Source: Ginkgo biloba (lineage: Eukaryota > Plantae > Ginkgophyta). From it: 22,076 nucleotides of DNA. Numbering within the stretch: the stretch's first letter is position 1; every line of letters starts with the position of its first letter. Positions 1-12,600 of this stretch are shown one piece after another. The notes below the pieces were generated by a model, which was given only the letters and a program-made list of their open reading frames with translations, made no database searches and was not told where the DNA came from. The stretch covers positions 57,747,950 through 57,770,025 of the forward strand of contig JANKJI020000004.1 in assembly GCA_024626585.2 (NCBI GenBank). The letters run 5' to 3'. The position numbers were made by a program, and so were the translations under genes.

Positions 1-464
1 TCACTACATTTATCTATTTCTTTTCCATGGAGATGAATGTATGAATTGGATGATGATTTGTAGTAGTATTTGTATTCAAACATTACATTCTTCATTCTAT
101 TGGCAGTTGGAGGTTGTTTTGGGATGTGTTACACCTCCTGTCATGTAAGCCGATGACTATGATCATACATACTGAGTGAATCCAAAGATAGAGAATTCTA
201 TCTATTGTTGAGAATTATTTCCTTAAATGTAATGGTTCTACCAAGTGGGTGCAACTAGAAATGAATGGTAGGTTCCAGAGATTATTGCTGTTGTGTAACT
301 GTTGAAGGATTTGAATCTTCTATAACATTCAATTGCTATGTACCATTTTAAAATCTACATTTGAATATCAGCCCAAATACATTTATTACTTTAATATCAA
401 AATTGCGTAGAAGCAGATGGCATGGAAATTGTGCTAAATCTTATTACTTGTTGAGAATTTTCAG

Positions 465-613
465 GTAAATGGCACAAACCTGACCGAAGTAGAAGGAGGG
501 GAAGTGGTTGCCACAAATCTGGAAGCTTGTAATGGTCCAAGATTTATTCTAGATCTTCATTTAAAGAAAAAACATGATGCACAGGGCCATAAAAACACCA
601 GTAAACCAAGTGG
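465..613 (+). CDS. GMI1: GMI1 exon (VNGTNLTEVEGGEVVATNLEACNGPRFILDLHL...)
   Basis: Acceptor tttcag|GTAAAT at 464/465. The donor is uncertain: gg|gtactt at 613 or ca|gtaaac at 600. Confidence 0.85.
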
Positions 614-3600
614 GTACTTCATTCAGACAGGAATAACATGGAGTCATTCTTTTGCCTTTTCTTTTTTCTTCTTTTCCTTATGATGTTCTAGCACTACAAC
701 AGGAGAGAATTTTTAGAGAGATCGCTCAACAGAGGGTTCTTCAAGAAGTCATCCCATCTAAGGGGAAAACTCATGANNNNNNNNNNCCCTGTTGCTGAAG
801 AGAGTGCAAATGCACGGATAACTTGCTTTTATTTCCCAATTATTCAGGTTAGTATGCATATATTTTACATTCTTTGGATGACTTTATTTCTTTCATTGCA
901 GTACTGATAGTTTTACAAGAAACTGTGTTTTTTATAGGGGAAGGAGAGTATTGACAATATTCTTGAGAAACTTGACATGGAGGGATTTGGTATGGGCGAG
1001 AGCTTTGAGACATNNNNNNNNNNNNNNNNNNNNNNNNNNNNNNNNNNNNNNNNNNNNNNNNNNNNNNNNNNNNNNNNNNNNNNNNNNNNNNNNNNNNNNN
1101 NNNNNNNNNNNNNNNNNNNNNNNNNNNNNNNNNNNNNNNNNNNNNNNNNNNNNNNNNNNNNNNNNNNNNNNNNNNNNNNNNNNNNNNNNNNNNNNNNNNN
1201 NNNNNNNNNNNNNNNNNNNNNNNNNNNNNNNNNNNNNNNNNNNNNNNNNNNNNNNNNNNNNNNNNNNNNNNNNNNNNNNNNNNNNNNNNNNNNNNNNNNN
1301 NNNNNNNNNNNNNNNNNNNNNNNNNNNNNNNNNNNNNNNNNNNNNNNNNNNNNNNNNNNNNNNNNNNNCATTATTTCAGATAGAGATGGACACTTCTTGA
1401 GCCATTTCTAAACACACCTTTAGGAGATGATGGACACCAAACTAAAGAGGTCCATCTCTTTTCATCCGCAGATAAAAGTGGTGAATAGAAAATTGGTGCA
1501 TGCTTTGTATTGTTGAAAAAGGTTAAATCTTTTTTATAGGACGAGAGATTGTATTCTGATCTTCATATCTGGTTTCAGATTTTGGAAGATTCATCTCGAA
1601 ATCTCTTTCTTTATAGACTAATTTGTTGTTCGTAGCAGGGAAGGCTTCCCTTTATGGAGCCCAAGCGGAGACGGGCAGACAATATGCGAATTCGACAGCA
1701 ATGTTTCAAACGTGTGAAATGTTTTGTTGGTATGAACTAACTCCACGTTGTGACTCAGGTGTATAGTTTTATAATTATTTTAAACTTGTGTATTGTTTAT
1801 TCTTTATTGTGATTTAGGTGTATGATTGTCAGTCTTTAGGTGCTTTCGAGTAATTCTTTAGGATCTTCAGCTTTTAATTCACAAAACTTGTGCATGTAGT
1901 AGGTGTGCTATCAAAATGTTTGTCTATGTTTTGGCCTTCTGGTGATTTTTTGGTTAATAGAGATGATATCTTGACTTATGATATTTTCTGAAACTACTGT
2001 AGAGACGGACGCTGGTTTTGCACCAACAACATCTAAAGTGAGTCACCTAAATATCATCCATAGTAGTTTTGTAGACCAGAATCAAGTTTGTGACAGTATT
2101 TCTTATTTGGCACAAAATGATTTATTGGTGGTACTTAACTAGCAGAAATTGTTTTTGAGAAAGACAAATGTAAATTCAAGGAAATTTTTGTGTATAATTC
2201 AGCCATCTGGGTGCTTTTGTGCATTATCTCTGTTGTTGATGTTGAATTTCAAGAAAGCAAACAGCTACAGAAGGAAAAGTTGATTTTCTACCAACAATTT
2301 GTTGTCAACAACATTCTATTTGATGAAAGGTATCATCTACAGCATTGATGGAATTACAAGCTGGTGAATATTTGATTCATTTGGCTGTTGCGACTGCAAT
2401 TGCATCACAGACCATTCAGAACTTCATTGAGTTTGAACATTTTTTTATTGGTCACATGCAATAATAATATTTGAAATCTTACACAAGTTTCAGCATATTC
2501 ACAACCATCCTCCAATCCCTCTCTATTTTGCTTGTTGTTGGGGGACAAGTTGCCTGAATCTTAATCATGAGTAAGTATGGTGTTAGCTATCTTAGCAAAG
2601 CTGAACATTACATTATTAGTAGTCAATCAATGTTAATCTAGCATTCGTATTAAAATAAAATAAAATTAAAAGAACGAAAGAAAATATATGAATGTCCGCG
2701 ATTGGACAAAAAATGGCCAATGGGATTGCAATATACAACATATAAACCCCAATCTAATGTAAAAATCTAGGAGTATGTACAAATGTAGGATAGTGCATAA
2801 CAAGTGGGGTCTGTCTATCAAAGAGTGGATGTGTTCTGCTCAAGAAATCATTGCTCATATCATCTTTCTCACCAGGGTACCCTATAGAAAGGTCCCTCTA
2901 TATAGTAAAAATGTCCCTCTTACCCTCCTGTTATCACCCGAAAGGTACCTGCAAGTCTGCAGTTTGCTTTCGACCAATAATTTTAGATAAAATGATTCTG
3001 TCACTGCCNNNNNNNNNNNNNNNNNNNNNNNNNNNNNNNNNNNNNNNNNNNNNNNNNNNNNNNNNNNNNNNNNNNNNNNNNNNNNNNNNNNNNNNNNNNN
3101 NNNNNNNNTCAATCTTCACTAAAGAAGCATGACTACCATTTACAATGGTTCCTTCTTCTAAAAGCCCCTATTTTATTTTGTGTGATCATCATTATTGTGC
3201 ATATACTTGTTTCAATTCTTGGACAATCTTCAATGTACTTCCCATATGATTATTGAGATATATTGTTGTTGCTAACGTCCCGAGCTCTATGCATTGATGT
3301 GATTGATCTTTGTGNNNNNNNNNNNNNNNNNNNNNNNNNNNNNNNNNNNNNNNNNNNNNNCAACATCCAATGTCGTTGTTGATTTGGATTGAGCATGGGG
3401 TGTCCCAATCATGGGTGGTGGTAATGATCATGATCAAGACTTGTAGACGATGAGGAGCACTATTTTGGGGGTTCTGGTAGATGATGCATGATGGAAATTC
3501 TAGTCCCTTTTCACAACTTTTGCAACAGAAGGTGTGTAGACGAAGTGGAGATGAATCTATGTTGGAAGTGGCTTGTCGAGGATTATGTTCTTGTAGAAGT

Positions 3601-6600
3601 AGAGTAATGGCCAAGCCATGCCAAAATTAGAGGCAAATATCTACACGAAGGAGGTTGAATGGTTCTTGGTTACTATCTCGACATTGCACATATGCATGAA
3701 CTTGATCATCGACAGATAATGGTTTAAATGGGAGTCGTACACAATGAAAAGTGAATGTTAGGGAAATTTTTATTGCATGAAAAATAGTGGATGGATGTTG
3801 AAGTTGGTGGAAGCATTGCCTAACTTGTAGTGAATTTGGTTTTGGAGGGAGGATTTGAACATTGTTCGAAGATTGTGAAATTTTCTGTAAGAGCACGAAT
3901 ATAGTTTTTATTCATCTTGACAACATTGTTATCCTCCATGAGAGATCTTGGTAATAATTCTAGAGGCGGCTTGTTGGTAAGGTTTTGATGATGATGGATT
4001 AAGTAACTTCTAATACCTATTAGGAGGTTTGTGCATATTTTTTGATGACGTGAGGTGAAAGGAAGAGGACGGGAATATGCCATTTGAGACACAATTATGT
4101 TGTTGTAGATATTGTGATATAGGAATGCAAACACCAAGAACTTGCATCGAAAGTGACGTTGAAGATTTATTTGCGAAGTTAAATCTTGAAGTTTAGGGAT
4201 GATTGAGGGGAAACACAAATGTAACCAATTCTTCTTAGGAGAATAGTGAAAGGTGGAGCATAGATGGAAGGAAGAGTATTAATGGCTTGATTTNNNNNNN
4301 NNNNNNNNNNNNNNNNNNNNNNNNNNNNNNNNNNNGAGTGAGTTTGTGGCTTCAAACCCAAGCATTCAGAAGACATGAATAACTAAATCTCACAAGGGTT
4401 CTAACGTTTATCAGTGATAGGGGTAGATGAAATTTGAGTGGACTAATGTCAGTCGACAATATTGGAGGAAGTGTGCCAAGTCGGAAGAGTGTGGTAAGGA
4501 TGAGTGGAAATCCATAAACTTTAGTAACCATGCCTCCAAAGGAAAGGTGCAGGTCACTTACATTTAGTNNNNNNNNNNNNNNNNNNNNNNNNNNNNNNNN
4601 NNNNNNNNNNNNNNNNNNNNNNNNNNNNNNNNNNNNNNNNNNNNNNNNNNNNNNNNNNNNNNNNNNNNATTAATCAAGGCTATTTATGCTGATATAGTGT
4701 TGCTTTTTGCTTCCCTAGGAGGACAATTGTTTCTTTTGGAAAGGACAAAGGCATTCAACCTAATAGAGGTTAGGTTATTACTCATGGGGTTTGGATATTC
4801 ATTTTGTGGATTTCTTACGGGGTTTAAGCAATATAAGTTACTCATAGAGTAACTCTTGGTGGTTCACAAGGGGTTGTGTTATCCCCTGTGAATTGGGCAT
4901 GGGCTAACATGGTTTCGTGTTATTTGCATGGGGTTGGCTGGCAAGTAGATGAGCTCACTAACAATCGTGATGCATAATGAATGCCACTATCCTTTCCACA
5001 TCAAATAGTGCTCTCGCATTGGTAAGCACCTTTTATATACTTTGCTATCAGGAATAAAGTTGGATTANNNNNNNNNNNNNNNNATTTTGCCATTGAAGGC
5101 TATTGATGCTTCACTCTCTTTGAACACGATTGCAACAAGTTAATGGGTTGATCATTCCAACATTAGTTAATGGTGGTTGACTTAAACCATACCACTGTTT
5201 AATGACCACAAAGTCATATCATACGAACTATTTAAAAAAAAAAAATACAATAAAAATAATAATAGGTGTGTGTGTGTGTGTGTGTATATATATGTATAAA
5301 AGAAAAGACTTTGAAGAATAATCAGTATAATAAGAATTGACGGTTGTCACAACGTTCGGTTACAACTAGAGCTTAACAGTCATTTTGATGAAACAATCGA
5401 GAAAATTATGACCGAAATGACTGCTTGTGGAGCAAATTGATACAACCATATGAAGACGTAATGGATTAACGTCAACGAGAAACTCAGAAGATAGTTATCA
5501 TTTCACCAAATGATATAATAATGAAACGACACGATGACGCCATCATTAATGTGAATGGGGTTGTAAATCATGTTATGTAGACACCTCACCATGCCATAAT
5601 GACCAAAGGCGTCGCGTATTCTATAACTTTGACACTTTGCCCCACTAAACATCAAATGATCAAGCAGTGAGTGCAAAGTGAAGTCAAAATGACCAAGCAC
5701 AGTCCAACAACAACCATGGGCAAGAAGGTTCGGATCTTCAACATTGAGATGAGAGAACATGACATCTTGAAACACCATGTAGAATTCCTTGCCTTTTATG
5801 CAGAGCACACCAGATGCAAGGCCTTAGAACAACCACGGTTAGTAGAATTTATTATGATTCCACTAATGTTTTACAACTAGGCAAGTTTAGCCTTAATAAT
5901 CAACATGGTAGCCCAATGTCCTAAACATTTTGAAAATCTCAAAAGAAGCTATCCATAAAGTCACTTGTGATGAACCAAAGGTGCCATTAGCAACTAGGCA
6001 TGACAAACAAGCTTATGCTAAGGATATTGCAAAAGCCTATCAAATGCATCCACATCAAGAATTCGAGTGGAGGGACTTTGTGACCTGGACTTGCACTAGA
6101 TCACACAATTCCTTGCAACAAAGATATTCGGGAACCAAAAGGATAATCACATTTTAACACAGCTTCACATCACAATTTGTCAAGTAAAGAAAGGAGTTCG
6201 TTATAATTGGTGTTCCTTTATCTGTTTTAGAATGACAACCTTATTGAAAAAGATTAGGGAAGATCCTCGTTCATCATCCTTCTTCTCTCCTACAATTTTT
6301 GTTAGGTTATTATGTGCTCAATGTCCAAAGGTTGAGTTACCAATTCCTAACAGTAATCCAATTTTTCCACGACTTCCAGGATTGTCCAATCACTATTCAA
6401 AAAATTTGGTTGACAGTGAAGATACTACATACATGATATCCGAGTTTGAGAAAATATTATAGTGCTTAGGACAAACATATGAGAAGTANNNNNNNNNNNN
6501 NNNNNNNNNNNNNNNNNNNNNNNNNNNNNNNNNNNNNNNNNNNNNNNNNNNNNNNNNNNNNNNNNNNNNNNNNNNNNNNNNNNNNNNNTATCAAGAATAA

Positions 6601-9600
6601 AATTGGAGCATTCTCATTTATGTACTTGTCCAGTTCTTTGTCTGCATTATGCAATTTTATTTCCAGCTTCACCTTAATTTCTTGCAAGTGTTGCACTTTA
6701 AGTTGGTGGTGTTACATATGTGTTTTTTAGTGAATTTTTTTTTAATGTATTTTAGTGGTAATTGTGGTATTCTATGTATTTTGACCCAGTTTCCTCCAGT
6801 ATATTGGATATGTTATAGCAGTAGTAATTGTTGTATATTGGATAAATTCTATGTATTTTGACCCAGTTTCCTCCAGTGGTTGGGACATATGCTTACTGGG
6901 TCCTGGTCAATTATTTATCTATGACTTCCATGTTGGACATCAAGCATTGCTGTGACAATCCTACCGTATTAACACCCAAACCTAAATCTGAAAAATGTTG
7001 TGAAGTGTTGCAGTTCAGTATCCTTTTCTACCTTTTTGGTACCAGTGGCATACTAATTCTGTATGGGAACTAAAATGTCTCACTGGATAGATTGCTCAAT
7101 CTTGCAGTTTGTCTGCTCAATGTTCAATTCTGATCAGTTGGAAACTATTGTGCTCTGATAAAATATAGGCACAAGAATCAGTTGAGCTTCTCAGACATTT
7201 TTTTTTTTAATCTTTGTCGTAAACGCACCAACTTTGTAATCTCAAGGAGGCAGCGATTCTGAAGGAGGACTCATAGAAACATTGGTTTGGTTATTCGATG
7301 GGGATTATGTTCTCTGATATGATAAAATATAGAGTTAAATTTACAATAGCAATGCTATAAGTATTTCAAAACTGTGTCATGATAAGGTAACAGTTCCTGA
7401 ATTAGTCGTGTTCCTGAGTTCTGACCATTTTTAGATTGTTCTGTTACAGTTGTACGAGTTCTTACTCAGATAAGAAGGAAGGGGCATCTATGGAGAGCTT
7501 CCCAAAAGATCAAGATACTTAAAGGGGCAGTGGCAGATCTCAGGAAGGAATTTTATGCAGTTTTGGAGTATATATTGTGTGAGGGTTTGGAAGGTGATCC
7601 TGGTATGTCAAGTATCTCCAACGTGACTGTGTTTTATTGAAGAATTTCATACATGATATTCTGGATAGTTTGGAATTTCAAAGGTGACTAACTTGAGTTA
7701 GAGTATGGTGTTTTCTTAGACACTCATTTTGAATTGCCTGAAAATACGTGTTCCTGGCATTTTGTGTGGCTTTACAGGTGAAGCTCGCATGATCTGCAGG
7801 TTCCTCTCTGGCATTGTCCTTACCTCAAGTTGCAGTTAGAGTGCGACAGGAGAAGCTTCAATTATAATTCATTTTTTAATATTCAACTTTTTTGAATGTA
7901 CAGGCCAATGGAATGCCCTGATGAAGATGGTTGTGAACTAATATTCAATCATGGAAATGCGTGCTTGGAACTTCGGAGTTCTAGGTTGTTTCCTCTGGAT
8001 TTGATCTCTTCTGGGAAGGTGGAACTGGATACCCACGTTATATTCCCTCTACAAATTTCTGCATGGAGAAGTTGAATAGTGGACATGGAAATGTATTACA
8101 TACTGTGAGGTTTACATATGTAACACACAGGAAACTTTAGTTTTATGATTTGTAGATGTACCTAATCTATTCCACATTCTTGTTGGAGGATATAGTGTCC
8201 CTTGATACTCTAAAAATCTATACCCTGATGTTCTAGCCCCAGGGTGTATGTATTTTCCTAGCTTGGATCGTAAAGCTTGATTCTTTGCTTCAAATGAACG
8301 TGCTAATTCCATGGCNNNNNNNNNNNNNNNNNNNNNNNNNNNNNNNNNNNNNNNNNNNNNNNNNNNNNNNNNNNNNNNNNNNNNNNNNNNNNNNNNNNNN
8401 NNNNNNNNNNNNNNNGAGAAGAAGCAGCTGAAGGCTCCTGCATTCATTGATATTTTAAACTCAGAACAAGTCCAAAAATTTGGGATTGATAAGGTCAGTT
8501 CTAATGTTCCACTTTGAGAGTAATGAAGATACTGTATTCTTGGTCATTATCACTTTATTTTTGCATTGTTATTTGTGATATATATATATATACATACATA
8601 TTTTGTAGTTTTTCTCTTTGGTGTTAGAAGCAGCTGATATTCTGGTGTGACGAATGCTAGTTCATCTAATTCATATTTTGGGTTGGTTCAGTGTAAATTT
8701 TATCAAATAGTTGAAATTTTTTACCAATAAGAAAAGGGTGGATGGTCTTTTTGAAAAGTCCTTTTTTTATTACAATAGTTTGTGTGTGTGTGCATTATAC
8801 AAATTTTCCCTACTTTGTGTTTTTTCAAGTAAAATAAATAGTATGTTTCTGTGAGTCAGGGATTTTCAAAAGGTGCAACAGTTCAAGCAGGTTTTGTCCC
8901 GCCGAAGGAGATTATTACAGTTGTGCGGCCACATGCTTTTACTGCAGATAATACGCATAGAAGCTCAGATGGCCTGGATCAAAATTCAATTGTTAAGGAT
9001 TCCATGGAAATGAAGATGGATATTGAAGTTAGCATCGGAAATGAATGTACGCCAGAAGGCTCATCGCAATGTGACAAGAAATACAGCATGCAAACAAAGG
9101 CTTCTAGTCGGAATGGAATACATGGTTTATACTGTTTTTCTACTGAAGGATCTCAAGTGATACAAATTTATATTTTCTATGGTAAGTCCTTTCCTATTTT
9201 CCGACTATGTCTCATTTTGATGCCTGTTATTTTATAAGAAAAAGGTCCTTTATCTTTTGGCCTGCAATTAGGAGATGGGTTTTGGGAAGAAAATATGCTC
9301 TGACATTCCTTTCAGTTACACTGTTTTCAAATTCTGAACAAATTGTACTGTGTTTTTTGTTCATCCAGCCACCTGTATTGTCTTATTTTAATGTTTGGTA
9401 TATGTATTGAATTTCTCTCTTCATTTAGGATATGAGTATTGCTTCCGCAAGAAAATGTTCACTTGCATGCTTTTCAGGTACAGGGGTTTTGAAATCTGAA
9501 CAAATCAAGCTGTCGGCCTGTTTCCTACAGCCGCTGAAATCAGTATAAATATTTAACTTGGGGTAACTTAAGCAGCATCATTTTTTGTTATTTGAAATCA

Positions 9601-12600
9601 AATCCATGATTATTCCTTTAACTAAACTGAGATCTATGTTGAGTCATGTTGACCTCATACAATAGGATGACATCTGACCTGTGTTGGGAGCTGACATTTT
9701 TATCCCCAAGAGATTGAGCGATTTATAGAGCCTATGCTATTTCTGGAAATTCTGCTCCCTTTTATAAGCAGTTTATGTTTAAAGTCAGAAATCAGTTATA
9801 GTCGCCTTCATAAATGAAAAGTGAAATGCTGGACTTGAGTATAGTTTTTGGTTATATTGTTGCTACAATAGAAAGAGAAAAAAATTGGATGTATATCCAA
9901 GGGTTATGAAGAAAATAGAATGGAATTGCCATGAATGTCCATGGCATAAAGGGCCAGGTCTCTCAAAAGCATGTCAAAAACACATATGCAATACTTTGGA
10001 CTGAAACCTAGGAATACAACACAAACAGGGTCTCGAAGCTACAAGGCTAGAATAAAACATCATTTTGGAATTAAAATAGGGTCTCTAAGGTTGGCAGCAG
10101 AATGCTTTTCCGCGCTGCTTAGATGGCTTAAGGAGGGGCTCTTGGATTGTATTCCAGCATACGGGAATCAGCTATTTATAACTCATCAACTCTTTGCAAA
10201 TGACAGCGCTTTTGGGGAATCCTACTCCGAGAGAGGTGGCAGTTTGGGACCGGGCCTTAAAGATCTATGCTTCAACTTCCAATCAACAAATTAATAGAAA
10301 TAAATCCAAGATATTCATATGGGGCATTTTCAATGAAACCAAAGTACAATTGGCACAACATCTTGGTATTTATTTTAAGGAGGATAGTGAAAGGATAACT
10401 TATGTAGAAGTTCCCCATAGGCTTTAAAAGGTTAAATGTTGAAGAATGAGCCATTCATCAACCAACTTAAGAGCAAGTTGGATGCATGGCCAAACAAGCT
10501 ACTAAGTTTACCAGGAAGGAGNNNNNNNNNNNNNNNNNNNNNNNNNNNNNNNTGCCAAATTATGTGGTCTCTCTGTAACAACCCCGCCTTAAGTCTACAA
10601 CAAGTCTACAAGAATAACAATACAATTGCCATATTGCATGAGTCAATACAAATAATAAATTATAACATTAGAATTCATAAGATTAAATTTTATTAATGAA
10701 ATATAGACTTCAAGATAGGACTGCTAAGGATAGAACTAGACAATAGGTAAGATACTCCCATTGTTGACCATGAGGAATCCCTAGACGGCTTNNNNNNNNN
10801 NNNNNNNNNNNNNNNNNNNNNNNNNNNNNNNNNNNNNNNNNNNNNNNNNNNNNNNNNNNNNNNNNNNNNNNNNNNNNNNNNNNNNNNNNNNNNNNNNNNN
10901 NNNNNNNNNNNNNNNNNNNNNNNNNNNNNNNNNNNNNNNNNNNNNNNNNNNNNNNNNNNNNNNNNNNNNNNNNNNNNNNNNNNNNNNNNNNNNNNNNNNN
11001 NNNNNNNNNNNNNNNNNNNNNNNNNNNNNNNNNNNNAACCAACCTTGACTTCCATTTGACCCGGGCTTAGAACTAGGGTTCCCTGGGCTGTGACAACAAA
11101 TTGTCAAGAAAGTGCTCAAATCTCTTTGAGAAGTGAAGGTGACCTCATTTGACGGTTTTTTGGTGGCTTAAGGAGGTGTTGTGGGGCCCAACGAACCTAT
11201 TCTAGCAAGTTGTAGTTGTTTTGGGCAGGGTGCTCTAATTCTTGCACATGTATTGCCTGTAATAATCGTCGCAAGACCATAAGGTGATATAAACAATACT
11301 TTATATTACTTGTTGCATCCAGAAACATGATTTTGTGTTAGCATTGTGTCATACTTCTACATCACAACGCTACATTCCAAAGGGTAGAAGTGAGATGTTT
11401 CGGCTCAAAGATGTTCTAGGCATCTTCAGTTTGTCTAGATTCATCCAATAAGAGTTTCTATTGAGGTATGGAATTTGGCCCTACTATTAGGAAACTATCT
11501 TTACTGTTCACTGTTTTTATTGCTACTACATGTACTATGATTGTATCATGACAACATGGTTTGAAATCTGTAATTTGCTTGTTTATGCATAGTTATGGGT
11601 CATTTTCCCTTGAAATTGCAGATTCAGACCCCTTGTAATAGGGGCCCCCTTAATCATAGGGTTGTTTTGCATTGTTTATGGTAGTTAATGTTTATGCATG
11701 AACATTAGGGTTNNNNNNNNNNNNNNNNNNNNNNNNNNNNNNNNNNNNNNNNNNNNNNNNNNNNNNNNNNNNNNNNNNNNNNNNNNNNNNNNNNNNNNNN
11801 NNNNNNNNNNNNNNNNNNNACCTTGGATGTACTTGGTCCAGTTAAGGATAGTACTAACTCACTTGTAAGCATTTAGATGACCATATGTCATAGGGTTAAC
11901 TAATAGTGAGTGTAGGGCTAGCACCCTAAGAACCCTTGGGAGTTGTTATAGTACTATGGGATGTACTAGCACCCATAGTGGATTCTACTTCTCAATGTAC
12001 TTGCATTAGTATATGTTTTTTTTACTAACATTCTATAGTCAATATGCTTACATGCATTTACTGTCAGTAGGGTGCATATCTCATTTTTATCTTATCTATA
12101 AGAGAAAAACACTATAAGGTCAAACTGATCTTATTCTTATCTATAAGATGCCAAGATGAATGATTGCTCCAATGAATTTAAGATGGCCTTTATGTACCTT
12201 TTGATGACATCTCCAAAGTCCTAGTGTAATCTTCTAGGATCTGCTCTCCTCTATGAGCTAGTTGGATGCCACCCTCCCTAATGATGTGAAAACTATGCAA
12301 TCAAAACCATATGTCATCTAACCAAATTTCAAATAGTCATAATTTTCTCATATGATATCCCCTTCATGGTTCTCAACCACTTAAAATGCATGACAAGCCT
12401 CATGTTGCGAACGTGTAGAGTGGAGCTAAAATGTTACTTAGTGTCTTCCTTAAGTCAGTTTATCCAAAATTTATAGCTCAACCCCTTATTGAAGATTATC
12501 TGGATTGTATTCTATGGATTGTCTCCATAGCCCCAAGCTATGTTGTAACATGTTCCTCCTTAAGGACTTATAGTGGGTTTTAACCCTAATACAAATCTTA

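Noticed and set aside
107-144. Candidate 38-nt exon (ggcag|...|gtaagc) upstream of the first exon
   Set aside because: Splice signals are good, but no frame resembles the expected GMI1 sequence (..TPxEFQ); probably a chance or cryptic site.
913-1411. Long ORFs in the track, including an apparent GMI1-integrase fusion (977-1411)
   Set aside because: Artefact of reading through an N-gap; the exon's donor is expected inside the gap.
2232-2348. VVDVEFQESKQLQKEK.. as one of the missing GMI1 exons
   Set aside because: Only superficial similarity; it lacks the conserved W and HxxYD residues and fitting splice sites.
6769-6877. 32-bp repeat with a 45-bp spacer as a CRISPR-like array
   Set aside because: Only two copies, the spacer itself contains duplicated flank sequence, the context is a eukaryotic intron, and there are no cas genes.
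6858-7073. ORF with CCDNPTVL as the missing DQPVLV exon
   Set aside because: No suitable acceptor or donor and no LGIS motif.
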